DNA from: Octopus sinensis
Lineage: Eukaryota
Assembly: GCF_006345805.1 (NCBI RefSeq)
Contig: NC_043024.1
Coordinates: forward strand, 19,344,001 to 19,408,000
Direction: 5' to 3'
DNA: 64,000 nucleotides
Shown here: piece after piece, positions 1 to 11,870 of the stretch
How the letters are laid out: each line of letters begins with the position of its first letter
Position numbering within the stretch: the stretch's first letter is position 1
Program-made: the position numbers and the translations under genes
The notes under the pieces: model-generated
Databases searched by the model: none
Told to the model about the DNA's origin: nothing
Seen by the model: the letters and a program-made list of their open reading frames with translations, nothing else

Positions 1-1384
1 ATGACAGAGATTTTACTCAGCTTGACATGAAATTAAATATGTTTTATTAAGGAAGGTGGTGAGTTGACAAAATTTTTACAGCATCTGGCAAAATGCTTTG
101 AACTTAGAACATAATAACCGACAAAAGGCCTCAAACTCCACCAAAGTCAAGTTTGCTTTCATTATTTCATGGTTGATAAAACAAGAATGTAATCTTGTGT
201 AATCGATTTACACTCTGCCCCAAATTGCTGGCCTTGTGCCAAAGTTTAAAACCTGATATGTTTTACCCGTAACAGAAAAGTTGAAAACTGAAAAATTTTG
301 AATCAGTATAAATGCCAATGACTCAACTCATATAATTCAAACCCCACAAATTAAAAAGAAAAAAATAGTTTTCCTTTATCTTTTTTATTTTTATTTATTT
401 ATTTTTTTGAGTATCACAAATTTATAAGCAATATTTCAGAAAAAAAAAACATAAATACAATTTTGTTATTTCAGAGAAAAAATTTCCTTAGGATAAATTA
501 TTATTCAAAATCTGATCTAAAATTGGAGAATAAATAATTTTATAAAATATAGATATCACTAAAAAAAAGAAGAAATTGTTTTTATGAATATATATATGTT
601 TTTGTGTCTGTGTTTGTGTGTTTGTATATGTAAATGGGTAAAAATGCATACATACACACACACACGCACACATATATATATATATGTGTATGTATGTATG
701 TATGTACATGTATGTGTGTATGTACATAGTTATATTACTTGTTCTTTAAATATATCTTGTTTATCATCACAACATAACTCGGTATATCTTTTACTATCAT
801 AATCATGATCATCATCATGACACTCTTGTTTTATCATGTGAAAAGACAAAAAAAAAAGAGTAAAAGGTATGAAAGCTGTCAGATATGAAATGAAATATCT
901 CTCATGATTCTAAGTCACTGCTTTACACAAGATACAGAGCTTCTGCTCCGCTGAGTTGCCTTATACTGTTTTTAGAGTCAACTCACTTGTCATCCTTCCT
1001 GAGCTGAATGTTAAATACAAACACCCCGAGAAGTATCTGCTTCATCTGCATGATATGTAGCCTTATGTTGATGCTTTACAGTACAACACTGATACATACA
1101 GTAGTGCACCTAACAACCAATGGATGAGCCTCTCTTCTCTCCTACTTTATTCTGTTACAGTGTTTAGCACTGCACTGAACAAGCTATTTGCACATGACCT
1201 AAGTTTACATGTTACATGTTTAGTTTTTTTCTTTTAAAGAAACAAACTTTGGTTTGTGATAGGAGAGAGAATACCATATATCCCAACTATTTTTCGTTTT
1301 TCACTTTTTAGTGTTTCAACCTTGGAGTCTCTTATTCAACTATACATCCATCCATACATACACACATATGTATGTACGTACATT

Positions 1385-1790
1385 ATGGCTGCCCCTTCAT
1401 TATCGAGTATGGCCATTGCACGAAGCTTAACCGTTACTGGTGCTGTGATCGAATGTGACTTTTTAGCCCAGCTAAAGATCTACAATGTCTTGTACAGAAT
1501 TGGCAACTAAAACCTTTACCGGTAATAGCCGGCTGTAGTTGTAGCTGGGCTTCATGTACCTTTGCATGTCGTTTAAGTCCTCCTGCCGAATTACACTCTC
1601 TTCCACATGCCCGACAGATATGATTAGTATGGTGTGTTACACCACCACCAGTGGTCAGGTTGTCACTCATCTGTCTCGTTTTATGACTACGAAGACTACT
1701 GAGGCAGGGTCTTGCACAGACACTGCATGTCAGAATCAAAGGAAGACCCTTCCCTTCTGGAAGTGTAACAGCGATGCCCTTCCTGACATC
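1385..1790 (-). mobile_element. 3' fragment of an RTE-like LINE encoding C-terminal C2H2 zinc fingers
   Basis: ORF 1434-1814(-) has CRACGRECNSAGGLKRHAKVH and CQFCTRHCRSLAGLKSHIRSQH plus a damaged first finger (CSVCARPCLSSLRSH). There are no TGEKP linkers. A short 3' UTR runs into an (ATGT)n-like tail and the 5' end abuts (TA)n. Confidence 0.55.
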
Positions 1791-1827
1791 ACATACATAC
1801 ATGCAGTCATGCATATATATATATATA

Positions 1828-2160
1828 TATATAATATAATTCGAGACAAAACCACTATTTTAAAACCAAACAAGGAAAGACTTAATCAATACATAAAATT
1901 TTAATATAAATTAAATAAATTTGATACTGATTAGAAGATCGAAAATCCACCTGAAGATTGTCGGAGCAGACGTGAAACATTTGTAGTGGCGGTTTATTTA
2001 ATTTATATTAAAATTTTATGTATTGATTAAGTCTTTCCTTGTTTGGTTTTAAAATAGTGGTTTTGTCTCGAATTATATTATATAATATTTTACTATAAAA
2101 TTGGATTTAACCCTAAATCTGATTTTTCCCTGTAATTTTGGATTCATTCCCTAATATTTA
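1828..2160 (+). mobile_element. Penelope-type/retrozyme-like foldback element with 92-bp perfect inverted arms
   Basis: 1828-1919 is the reverse complement of 1993-2084; the spacer contains an HHR motif; both flanks are (TA)n. Confidence 0.75.
1947..1989 (+). ncRNA. Minimal type I hammerhead ribozyme motif
   Basis: CCAC-CTGAAGA-t(TGTC ggagca GACG)t-GAAAC-attt-GTA-GTGG: stem I CCAC/GTGG, core CUGANGA, GAAA, GUA triplet. Confidence 0.7.
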
Positions 2161-2161
2161 T

Positions 2162-2194
<33 letters not shown>

Positions 2195-2379
2195 TGGCCA
2201 ACTTTCAGTTTCTGTCTACCGAATTCATTCACAAGGTTTTGGTCTCTGCAGGCCTGGAACTGAAGATACTTGCTTAAGGGCTGTACGGTGGGATTGGCTC
2301 CAAAGACATGTGACTGGGAAACAATAAACTTCTTAAATGACACAGACATATCTGACCATAAATATGCACACACACACAC

Positions 2380-2856
2380 ACACACACACACATACATACA
2401 CACACATACACAAATACACACACACACACACTTTTTCTTTCTCTCTCTCTCTCTTACATAAATATACATATACACTCTCTCTCTCACATACACTCTCTCT
2501 TTCACTCTCTCTCTCTCTCTCACATATGCACACTTTCTCTCTCTCTCTCTCCCTCTTTCTCTCTCTATTTCTCTCTATTTCTCTCTCTCTCTCTATTTCT
2601 CTCTATTTCTCTCTCTCTCTCCCTCTTTCTCTCTCTCTCCCCCTCTTTCTCTCTCTATTTCTCTCTCTCTCTCTCCCTCTTTCTCTTTCTCTCTCTCCCT
2701 CTTTCTCTCTCTATTTCTCTCTCTCTATCTATCTATCTTTCAGACAAACATACACTGTTCTATCTCATCCATACACACACTCTCTCTTTCTCTTTGTTAT
2801 ACACACAAATACACACTCTTTCTTTCTCTCGCTCTCTTACATAAATATACATATAC

Positions 2857-2909
<53 letters not shown>

Positions 2910-3000
2910 TTCAGACAAACATACACTGTTCTATCACATCCATACACATACACTCTCTCTCTCTTTCTCCCTCAGTCACACACATACACACACACAATAT
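2380..3000. repeat. Compound (CA)n/(CT)n microsatellite with an internal duplicated block
   Basis: Dinucleotide runs; the block ctatctatctttcagacaaacatacactgttctat occurs at ~2727 and ~2897. Confidence 0.9.
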
Positions 3001-3373
3001 ATTATATTACCCAAGCTGAATCCTAAATGCAGACATAATCGATATTCAATGAATTTTAAACTGGATTCCTTGCATTTTCCAAAGACATGATTCCAATCCA
3101 CTCTCTTTGACAGAGCCATAGGAAATTCTAATTTACTCAGAACCGAAATCTATATTTGTTTCAATATTGAGTTCAACTATGAAATAATGTTATTCCTAGT
3201 CAAAGTTAATATTGTATGGAGATATTGAAATCCAATAAGGTGAGATGTGAAAGGTTGAAGTCAGAGAAAATTATGGAAAATATTTAATTCCATTGATCTT
3301 TAACCTGGGTATTTTATTTGAAATGGTTAAATTTGAGACTTCTTTACTCTGAGACGTCTTGGATTTACCTTAA

Positions 3374-3920
3374 GGTGCAGGAGTGGTTGTGTGGTAAGTA
3401 GCTTGCTTACCAACCACATGGTTCTGGGTTCAGTCCCACTGCGTGGCACCTTGGGCAAGTGTCTTCTACTATAGCCTCAGACCGACCAAAGCCTTGTGAG
3501 TGGATTTGGTAGACGGAAACCGAAAGAAGCCCGTCATATATATGCATATATATATATGTATATATATATAGGTGTAGGAATGGCTGTGTGGTATGTAGCT
3601 TGCTTACAAACCACATGGTTCCGGGTTCAGTCCCACTGCATGGCACCTTGGGCAAGTGTCTTCTACTATAGCCTCGGGTATATATATGTATATGTGTGTC
3701 TATGTTTGTGTGTCTGTGTTTGTCCCCCTAGCATTGCTTGACAACTGATGCTCGTGTGTTTATGTCCCCGTCACTTAGCGGTTCGGCAAAAGAGAACCGA
3801 TAGAATAAGTACTAGGCTTACAAAGAATAAGTCCCAGGGTCGATTTGCTCAACTAAAGGTGGTGCTCCAGCATGGCTGCAGTCATATGACTGAAACAAGT
3901 GAAAGAGTAAAGAGTAAAAG
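3374..3920 (+). mobile_element. tRNA-derived SINE family A (two heads, one 3' half)
   Basis: Heads aggagtggttgtgtggtaag and aggaatggctgtgtggtatg with B-box-like ggttcagtccc; central TA/TG repeat; tail gactgaaacaag...aaaagag shared with >15 copies in the window. Confidence 0.85.
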
Positions 3921-4146
3921 AGTATAATAATAATGGTTTTTAATGTCAGTACTAGGCCAGAAAGTTTTAGGGTGAGAGTAAGTCGATTTCATTGACCCCA
4001 GTATACAACTGGTATTTATTTTATCAACCCTGAAAGGATGAATGGCAAAGCTGACCTCGGCAGATTTTGAAACCAGAATGTAAAGACAGACGGAATGCTG
4101 CTAGGCCTTTGGTTCAATGTGCAAATAGTTCTGCCAACTCACTGCC

Positions 4147-4879
4147 TTAACCCTTTTGATACCAACCTGGCTGAAACTGGCTCTGGCTCTGTAGTACAAA
4201 TGTCTTATTTTCATAAGTTTTGAATTAAAATCTTCCACCAAATCTTAGTCACAATTATGTTCCTAACCACACTAGCTTAAGATAAAACTAGTTATTTTAC
4301 TAAATTCTTTGTTTATTTTTTAAATAATTGAAAGAAACCAGAGCATCTCAACAGAAATATGGTAACAAAGGGTAAAATATATAATAGAGAAACAATTCTT
4401 AACCCTTTCAATACCAACCCGGCTGAAACTACCCCTGGCTCTGTAGTACAAATGTCTTATTTTCATAAGTTCTAAATGAAAATCTTCCACCAAACCTTAG
4501 TCACAATTTATGTTCCTAACACTAGCTAAATGATAACTAAGCTATTTTGCTAAATTCTTTGTTATATTTAAAGTAATTGAAAGAAACACAGAGCATCGCA
4601 ACAGAAATATGGTGACAAAAGGGTTAAAATATATAATAGAGAAACAATTCTTAACCCTTTCAATACCAACCCGGCTGAAACTACCCCTGGCTCTGTAGTA
4701 CAAATGTCTTATTTTCATAAGTTCTAAATGAAAATCTTCCACCAAACCTTAGTCACAATTTACGTTCCTAACACTAGCTTAATGATAACTAAGTTATTTT
4801 ACAAAATTCTTTGTTATATTTTAAGTAATTGACAGAAATACAGAGCATCTCAGAATAAATACAGTAAAGAAAGGGTTAA
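4147..4879 (+). mobile_element. Three tandem copies of a ~230-bp piggyBac-like MITE
   Basis: Each copy runs TTAA-CCCTTT...AAAGGG-TTAA (first copy ends GGGTAA); copies start at 4147, 4399 and 4651, separated by a near-identical ~23-bp spacer aatatataatagagaaacaattc. Confidence 0.75.
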
Positions 4880-5189
4880 TAATAATGGTAATAATAATTA
4901 TAATTATAATTATAATTATAATCAGTTTGATTCCCAGACTGGGCTGTATGTTGTGTTCTTGAGCAAGACACTTTATTGCTCCAGTTGATTCAGCTGTAGA
5001 AATGAGTTGTAACATAATTGGTACCAAGTTATATCAGTCTTTGACTTTCCCTTGGATAAGATCAGGGGTAATGGGAGGGGACGTTAGTATGCATGGACGA
5101 CTGCTGGCCTTCCACAAAAACGATCTGACCTGGACTTGTATTTTGGAGAGGAAATTTGTAGATGCAATAATTACCCAATAATTATGATG

Positions 5190-5201
5190 ATGATGATAAT
5201 A

Positions 5202-5248
<47 letters not shown>

Positions 5249-5486
5249 GGGGAGCATCACGCAGTTGGACTGAACCCAGAACCCTGTGGTTGGTAAGCAA
5301 GCCAATCCTGCATACATATTATGTAAAATACCATCTGGGGTCCTTGTTGTGACTTGACAGACAGTACAAACCCCACAGTAAACACAATATCTTCAATCCA
5401 CAACATCACAATATTAGATACTGTGTGATGTCTGCAGAAATTATAATGATAATAATAATAGTAATAATAAAAACAACAACAATAAC

Positions 5487-5524
<38 letters not shown>

Positions 5525-5558
5525 TAATAATAATAATAATAATAATAAAATAATAATA

Positions 5559-5591
<33 letters not shown>

Positions 5592-5658
5592 ACAGTAATA
5601 ACAATAATAATATATAATAATAATAATAATAATAATAATGATAATAATAATAATAATG

Positions 5659-5691
<33 letters not shown>

Positions 5692-5777
5692 GCAATAATA
5701 ATAATAATAATAATAGCAATAATAATAATAATAATAATAATAGCAATAACAATAATAATAATAATAATAATAATAGC

Positions 5778-5814
<37 letters not shown>

Positions 5815-5930
5815 GCAATAACAATAATAATAATAATAATAATAATAAAATAATAATAATAGTAATAATAATAATAATAATAATAACAACAGTAATAACA
5901 ATAATAATATTAATAATAATAATAATAATC
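5190..5930. repeat. (AAT)n microsatellite arrays (left target flank of the RTE)
   Basis: Long AAT runs with AGC/AAC/GAT variant units; the poly-I/L/Y ORFs here are artefacts. Confidence 0.95.
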
Positions 5931-8900
5931 ATCATCATCATCATCATCATCATTTAGCGTCCGTTTTCCATGCTAGCATGGGTTGGACGGTTCTACTGGG
6001 GTCTGTGAAGCCAGAAGGCTTCATCAGGCCCAGTCAAATCTGGCAGTGTTTCTACGGCTGGATGCCCTTCCTAACGCCAACCACTCCGTGAGTGTAGTGG
6101 GTGCTTTTTACGTGCCACCCGCACTGGTGCCAGACAGAGCTGGCAAACGGCCACGAACGGATGGTGCTTTTTATGTGCCACCGGCACGAGGGCCAGGCGA
6201 GGCTGGCAACGGACACGAAACGGGGCGGTGCTGGCAACGGTCGCGAAACGGAAAGTTCTCTTACATGCCACCGGCACTGGTAACACATCTGCAATTTCCA
6301 TTGATCGATTTCCATTGATCGATTTCGATTCTGATCCTGATCCTCACTTGCCTCAGTGGGTCTTCACAAGCAGAGTTTCGACATGCCACCGGCACTGGTA
6401 GCACATCCGCAATTTCCATTGATCGATTTCGATTCTGATCCTCACTTGCCTCAACACGTCTTCACAAGTAGAGTTTTGTGTCCCAAGAAGGGAAGGTATG
6501 CATACGTAGGCTGGCTCCATCCCATGTAGAAGGCCACGGGTTGTGGACTCACTTGTCCTGCCGGGTCTTCTCGCGCACAGCACACTTCCAGAGGTCTCGG
6601 TCTCTAGTCATTTCCTCAGTGAGACCTAAAGTTCGAAGGTCGTGCTTCACCACCTCGTCCCAGGTTTTCCTGGGTCTGCCTCTTCCACAGGTTCCCTCAA
6701 CCGCTAGGGTGTGGCACTTTTTCACACAACTATCTTCATCCATTCTCGCCACATGACCATACCAGCGCAAACGTCTCTCTTGCACACCACAACTGATGCT
6801 TCTTAGGTCCAGCTTTTCTCTCAAGGTACTTACACTCTGCCGAGTGTGAGTACCGGCATTACACATCCATCGGAGCATACTGGCTTCATTTCTAGCGAGC
6901 TTACGCATATCCTCAGCAGTCACGGCCCATGTTTCACTGCCATGTAGCATGGCTGTTCGTACACACGCATCATACAGTCTGCCTTTCACTCTGTGCGAGA
7001 GGCCTTTTGTCACCAGCAGAGGTAAGAGCTCTCTGAACTTTGCCCAAGCTATTCTTACTCTAGCAGTTACACTTTCAGCACACCCACCCCCGCTGCTGAC
7101 TTGGTCACCTAGGTAACGGAAACTATCAACTATTTCTAGTTTTTCTCCCTGGAAAGTGACGGAAGTTGGTCTCAGAGCATTTTCAGTGTTTATTGTTCCT
7201 GAGCATCTGCCACATACAAAAACCATCTTCCTAGTTAGCCTTCCTTTGACATTGCTGCATCTCTTATGTGTCCATAGCTTACACTTGGTGCATCTTATAG
7301 AGTTTCTACCTACACCTTTTCTACAGATCGAGCAGGGCCATCTACCTGAAGGTGTTTGTGATTTGTCTACCTTCCTACTGATTACGACTTTGGTTTTAGC
7401 TAGATTGACTCTGAGGCCCTTCGATTCTAATCCTTGTTTCCACACCTGAAACTTCTCCTCCAGTTCTGATAGCGACTCAGCAATTAGAGCAAGGTCATCA
7501 GCATAGAGGAGCTCCCAGGGCATCCTGTCTTGAATTCCTCCGTTATTGCCTGGAGGACTATGATAAATAGGAGGGGGCTGAGTACTGAGCCTTGGTGGAC
7601 CCCTACCTCTACCCGGAATTCTTCACTGTACTCATTTCCAACCCTCACCCTACTAGCGGCGTCCCTATACATGGCCCGCACAGCTCTCACTAACCATTCA
7701 TCTATCCCTAGTTTTCTCATTGCCCACCAGATAAGGGATCGGGGGACCCTGTCGAAGGCTTTCTCCATGTCAACAAAAGCCAGGTACAGGGGCTTATCTT
7801 TGGCTAGGTATTTCTCCTGCAGCTGCCTTACCAGGAATATAGCATCAGTAGTACTTTTCCCTGGCACAAACCCAAACTGCATCTCATCTAAACTAACTCT
7901 CTCTCTAATTAGTTGGGCTATGACCCTCTCCGTAACCTTCATCACCTGGTCCAACAGCTTGATACCTCTGTAGTTATTTGTATCTAGGGCATCACCTTTA
8001 CCTTTGTAGCAGTTGACTATTATACTGCTACACCAGTCATTGGGTATGACCCCTTTGTGTATCACCTGATTAACTATATGGGTGACTAGGCTATAGCCGA
8101 CACTACCAGACATTTTGAGCATCTCTGCAGTGATTCCTGATGGGCCTGGGGCTTTCCCTGTCTTCATGCTTCTAATTGCCTTAGCTACCACAGAACTATC
8201 AACTCGGATAGCTGGTCCCTCTGTTGGGTCAACATTCGGCAGACTCTCTTTATCCCATTCATTTTCTTCTTTTCAGCAACCTTTCATAGTGGCATCTCCA
8301 AACCTCTCTCTTCGCATCCTCATTTAGCGCAAGTGAACCATCTTCCATGCGAACACACTTCTCTCCTACCACATCACGATTCTCTCTCAAACACTGTCTT
8401 GCAACACGAAACACCTCCAGTCTTTGGTCCTCACGGCGCAGAACATTGGCAAATTTTTTCTTATCTGCTTCCCCTCTGGCTAAATAAACCTGTCTCCTAG
8501 CTTCTCTTTTGGCAGTCTGATACAATTCCCTGCTACCCCCATTTTTCCAGACCTTCCAAGCCTGTCTCTTTTCTCTAATAGCCCTGTCTACAATATTGTT
8601 CCACCACCACGTTATTCTAGGTCGAGAGGGGACTTTGCACCAGCCACAGATCTGGTCAGTGGCTCTCAGCAGGTTGTCCCTTAGAAACGTCCAGCTGTCT
8701 TCTACCCCCTGTGATGCTCTATCCCCTTCTACTTCGTCAGAGGCTTCAAGTAATATGTCCCTAAATCTCTGTCCATTTGCAGGATCTTTAAGCTTCCAGA
8801 TCCTTCTTCTCCATATTTGTCGTCTTCTGGTTGTCCTCCTAGTCCTGATCCTAAAGTCACTAACTACCAGTCTATGTTGTGGGGTACATTCTTCACCTGG

Positions 8901-10525
8901 GAAGGTTTTGGCATTTATAAGCAGCCATCTCTCCCTTTGCCTTGTAAGGATGTAGTCAATTTGGCTGGTATGTTGGCCCGATTGGTAAGTGACTAGGTGG
9001 CTGGTAGGTTTCCTGAAGTTAGTGTTGCAAATCATAAGATTATTTGCATCGCAGAACTCCAGCAGCCTGGTTCCCTCCTCGTTGCGGGAGCCATAGCCAT
9101 AGCCTCCATGTACGCCATGGAAGCCCCCAGCATGTCGTCCAACGTGACCATTGAAGTCACCAGCCACAAAGATAAGGTCTCTGTCGTTCGCCAATGAGGT
9201 AGTCTGCAGTAGAGTGTCATAGAATCGGTCTTTCTGTCCATCGGGTAGCCCCGACTGAGGAGCATAGGCTGATATAATGGTTGCTAAACTATGATGAAGC
9301 ACTAATCTAATCTTAAGTATCTGTCTGTCACTTACTCTGATTACCTCAATTACTTTATCTACCCATTTCTCAGCGATAAGTATACCCACGCACCCAACCC
9401 ACCCCGTCTGTCCCCTGCCCAGAAAATCTTGTACCTGCGTTCCTTGCCTGTGAGGAACCTAGCTGATCCTCCTCTCCACCTTATTTCTTGCATGCAACAT
9501 ATATCCACACATCTCCGTTCAAGCATCTCGACTATCTCACCAGACCTACCTTTCAGAGTGCCAACGTTGAGGGTGCCAACCCTGAGGGTGTGGAAGGCAT
9601 GGGCTCTAGAGACCCTGGGACGGTGGACAGTAGCTTCGTGTACCTGAAAAGAAAGCTCGCATTTGGCAGAATTCATGTGCAAGAAATGAAGTAGTAAAGT
9701 AGCCTTCAGTACAACCTGCATAACGCTAGCCTTTCATATTTTGCACTGTATGAACATTACCTTACATAGGTCGAGACTAGGGTAGGGAGGGGTATGGATG
9801 GTGAGAGCATTTGCAGTCTTCATGGGAAGCAACCCCGGAATGGAAGAGAATAGGAACTTCCGGCATGCGTGGTGGGTGTGAGGCGGGTGCACCGTAGCTG
9901 AGTAAAGAGGTTCTGTTAATCGTGAGCTAGCAAATGGGTTTGTATGAATCGGGAGACAATACTAAACGAAAAATTGAAAAATCAGAGTGGCTATGAACCT
10001 GGAGACAAGTCTAAACGGAAAAAAAAAAAAAAATGTTTGAGCTAGACGGGGTAATGAGGGAATACTGAAAGAATGAGTGACAATACAATGAGATGGAAAT
10101 TGAAGAATAGAGAAAGAATAAGGATAAGTGCAAGAAAGAAGGTAGTCGTAGCGAGGTTGGACGATTCACTTAACTTTTAGCCATTCATGATCTGTGCGTA
10201 TTCTTTAGATATTTTGAAGCGAGTGGGGTTAACGATAAATGCGATGGCTCTTTTATGTATGGCGATGATGGTTTTGGGGAGGGGGGGCATAGAGGACCAT
10301 GGCGATGATGGTTATGGGAAGGGGGGACATAGAGCGAGAGAGATACGGTTAGTTAGAGAGAGAGGTCAAGGGACACGTGACAATAAGCGGAGTGTGAGGG
10401 AATTGACTGGGGACGGCATTGTCGATAAATAAACATTAGATAAATAGGTTTGAAAATCAGAAAAATCAGAGGGAATATCATTATTGATAGCTAATATAAC
10501 ACCGTAGCTGAGTAAAGAGGTTCTG
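5928..10525 (-). mobile_element. Near full-length RTE-clade non-LTR retrotransposon
   Basis: APE domain (TLNVG, GDFNGH, SQIDYIL) and RT (KAPGPSGI, AFVDMEKAFDRVP, GVHQGSVLSP, LYADD); ~600-bp 3' UTR ending in an (ATG)n tail; ~800-bp 5' region; (AAT)n on both sides. Confidence 0.95.
6549..9721 (-). pseudogene. RTE ORF (APE endonuclease + reverse transcriptase) split by three frameshifts
   Basis: ORFs 9359-9721, 8259-9389, 7484-8191 and 6549-7523 join into one RTE-type protein. Shifts are at ~9400, ~8265 (AAAAGAAGAAAA, +1) and ~7520 (TGCCCTGG, one C missing before WELLYADD). No in-frame stops were seen otherwise. Confidence 0.9.
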
Positions 10526-10550
10526 AATAATAATAATGATAATAATAATG

Positions 10551-10595
<45 letters not shown>

Positions 10596-10748
10596 GCAAT
10601 AATAATAATAATAATAATAGCAATAATAATAATAATAATAATAATAATAGCAATAACAATAATAATAATAATAATAATGATAATAATAATGATAATAATA
10701 ATAATAATAATAATAATAGTAATAATAATAGGAATAATAGTAATAATA

Positions 10749-10798
<50 letters not shown>

Positions 10799-10800
10799 TT
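10526..10800. repeat. (AAT)n microsatellite (right target flank of the RTE)
   Basis: Same order of variant units (GAT, GAT, AGC, AGC, AGC-AAC) as 5636-5770. Confidence 0.95.
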
Positions 10801-11054
10801 CTGTCTAATCCATTGAAATAATTAAGATAGAATTTGTTCTGTTTATATAAATATTACAAGAAAAATATATCTTTTATATTAAAATGTTTTGAATGAAATA
10901 AAATTTGGAAAAAAAAAACCAAGAAAAAACATTAGCAGAAACAGCTTTAAAAAGCATCAGAATATGTTTATATATTTATATTTATAAAATGTAATTAAAC
11001 GAAAATATCCGTTAATAGACATTAATTTTATCAATAATTATTTAGTGGATTTGT

Positions 11055-11870
11055 GCACTACTACTACTGCGCTATCACCAATTCTACTACTACTCCAACC
11101 AGTACCATTGGTATTAGTACTGTTACCACAACAAGTGTCATCACCACCACCACCACCACCAACACCAACTACAAGAATATCATCACTATCACCACAACCA
11201 TTACTACTGCTGCTACTACTACTACTACTGCTACTGCTACTAATACCAGCTGTGCCACTACCACCACCATTGTCAGCTGCACCACCAAGAATAACAGCAA
11301 GAATGCTGCCACCACTACTACTACTATTACCGCTGCTACTAATATTACGACCACCATCACTACTACCACCACCACCACCACTACCACCATCACCACCACT
11401 GCTACTACTACAACTGCTGTTACCACTATCACCACCACCACCACTACAACCACCACCACTACTACCACCACCACTAGAACCCCACCACCACAACTACTAC
11501 CACCACCAACACTTACCACCACTACCACCACAAGCACCACTATAATCACCACCACCACTACAACCACCACCACCACCACTACAACCACCATCATCACCTC
11601 TACCACCACCACCACTACTACTACCACCACCACCACCACCACCACCATCACCACCAACGCTACCACCACCACCACCACAACCACCACCACCACCACCACA
11701 ACCACCACCACCACTACCACCACCACCATATCTACCACCACAACCACCACCAACACTACCACCACCACCACCAACACAACCACCACCACCACCACCATCA
11801 CAACCACCACCATCACCACTACCACCACTACTACCACTACCACCACAACAACAACCACCACCACTACCAC
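11055..11870. repeat. Degenerate (ACC/ACT)n trinucleotide repeat
   Basis: ORFs in all frames are poly-T, poly-V, poly-P or poly-G. Confidence 0.9.

Noticed and set aside
3374-3460. tRNA-like A/B boxes at SINE heads
   Set aside because: No complete cloverleaf; they continue into SINE bodies, so they are not tRNA genes.
5257-5953. Long poly-Y/L/I ORFs (also 2337-3026, 42818-43306, 52523-53348, 62745-63476)
   Set aside because: Stop-free translations of simple repeats.
6052-6318. Overlapping 60-110 aa ORFs in SINE/LINE UTR sequence (e.g. MSSNARG..., MLGGQTQ... recurring through the window)
   Set aside because: Recurrent translations of SINE consensus, not genes.
9820-9915. HDV-like ribozyme expected in an RTE 5' UTR
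   Set aside because: A nested double pseudoknot could not be assembled by eye.
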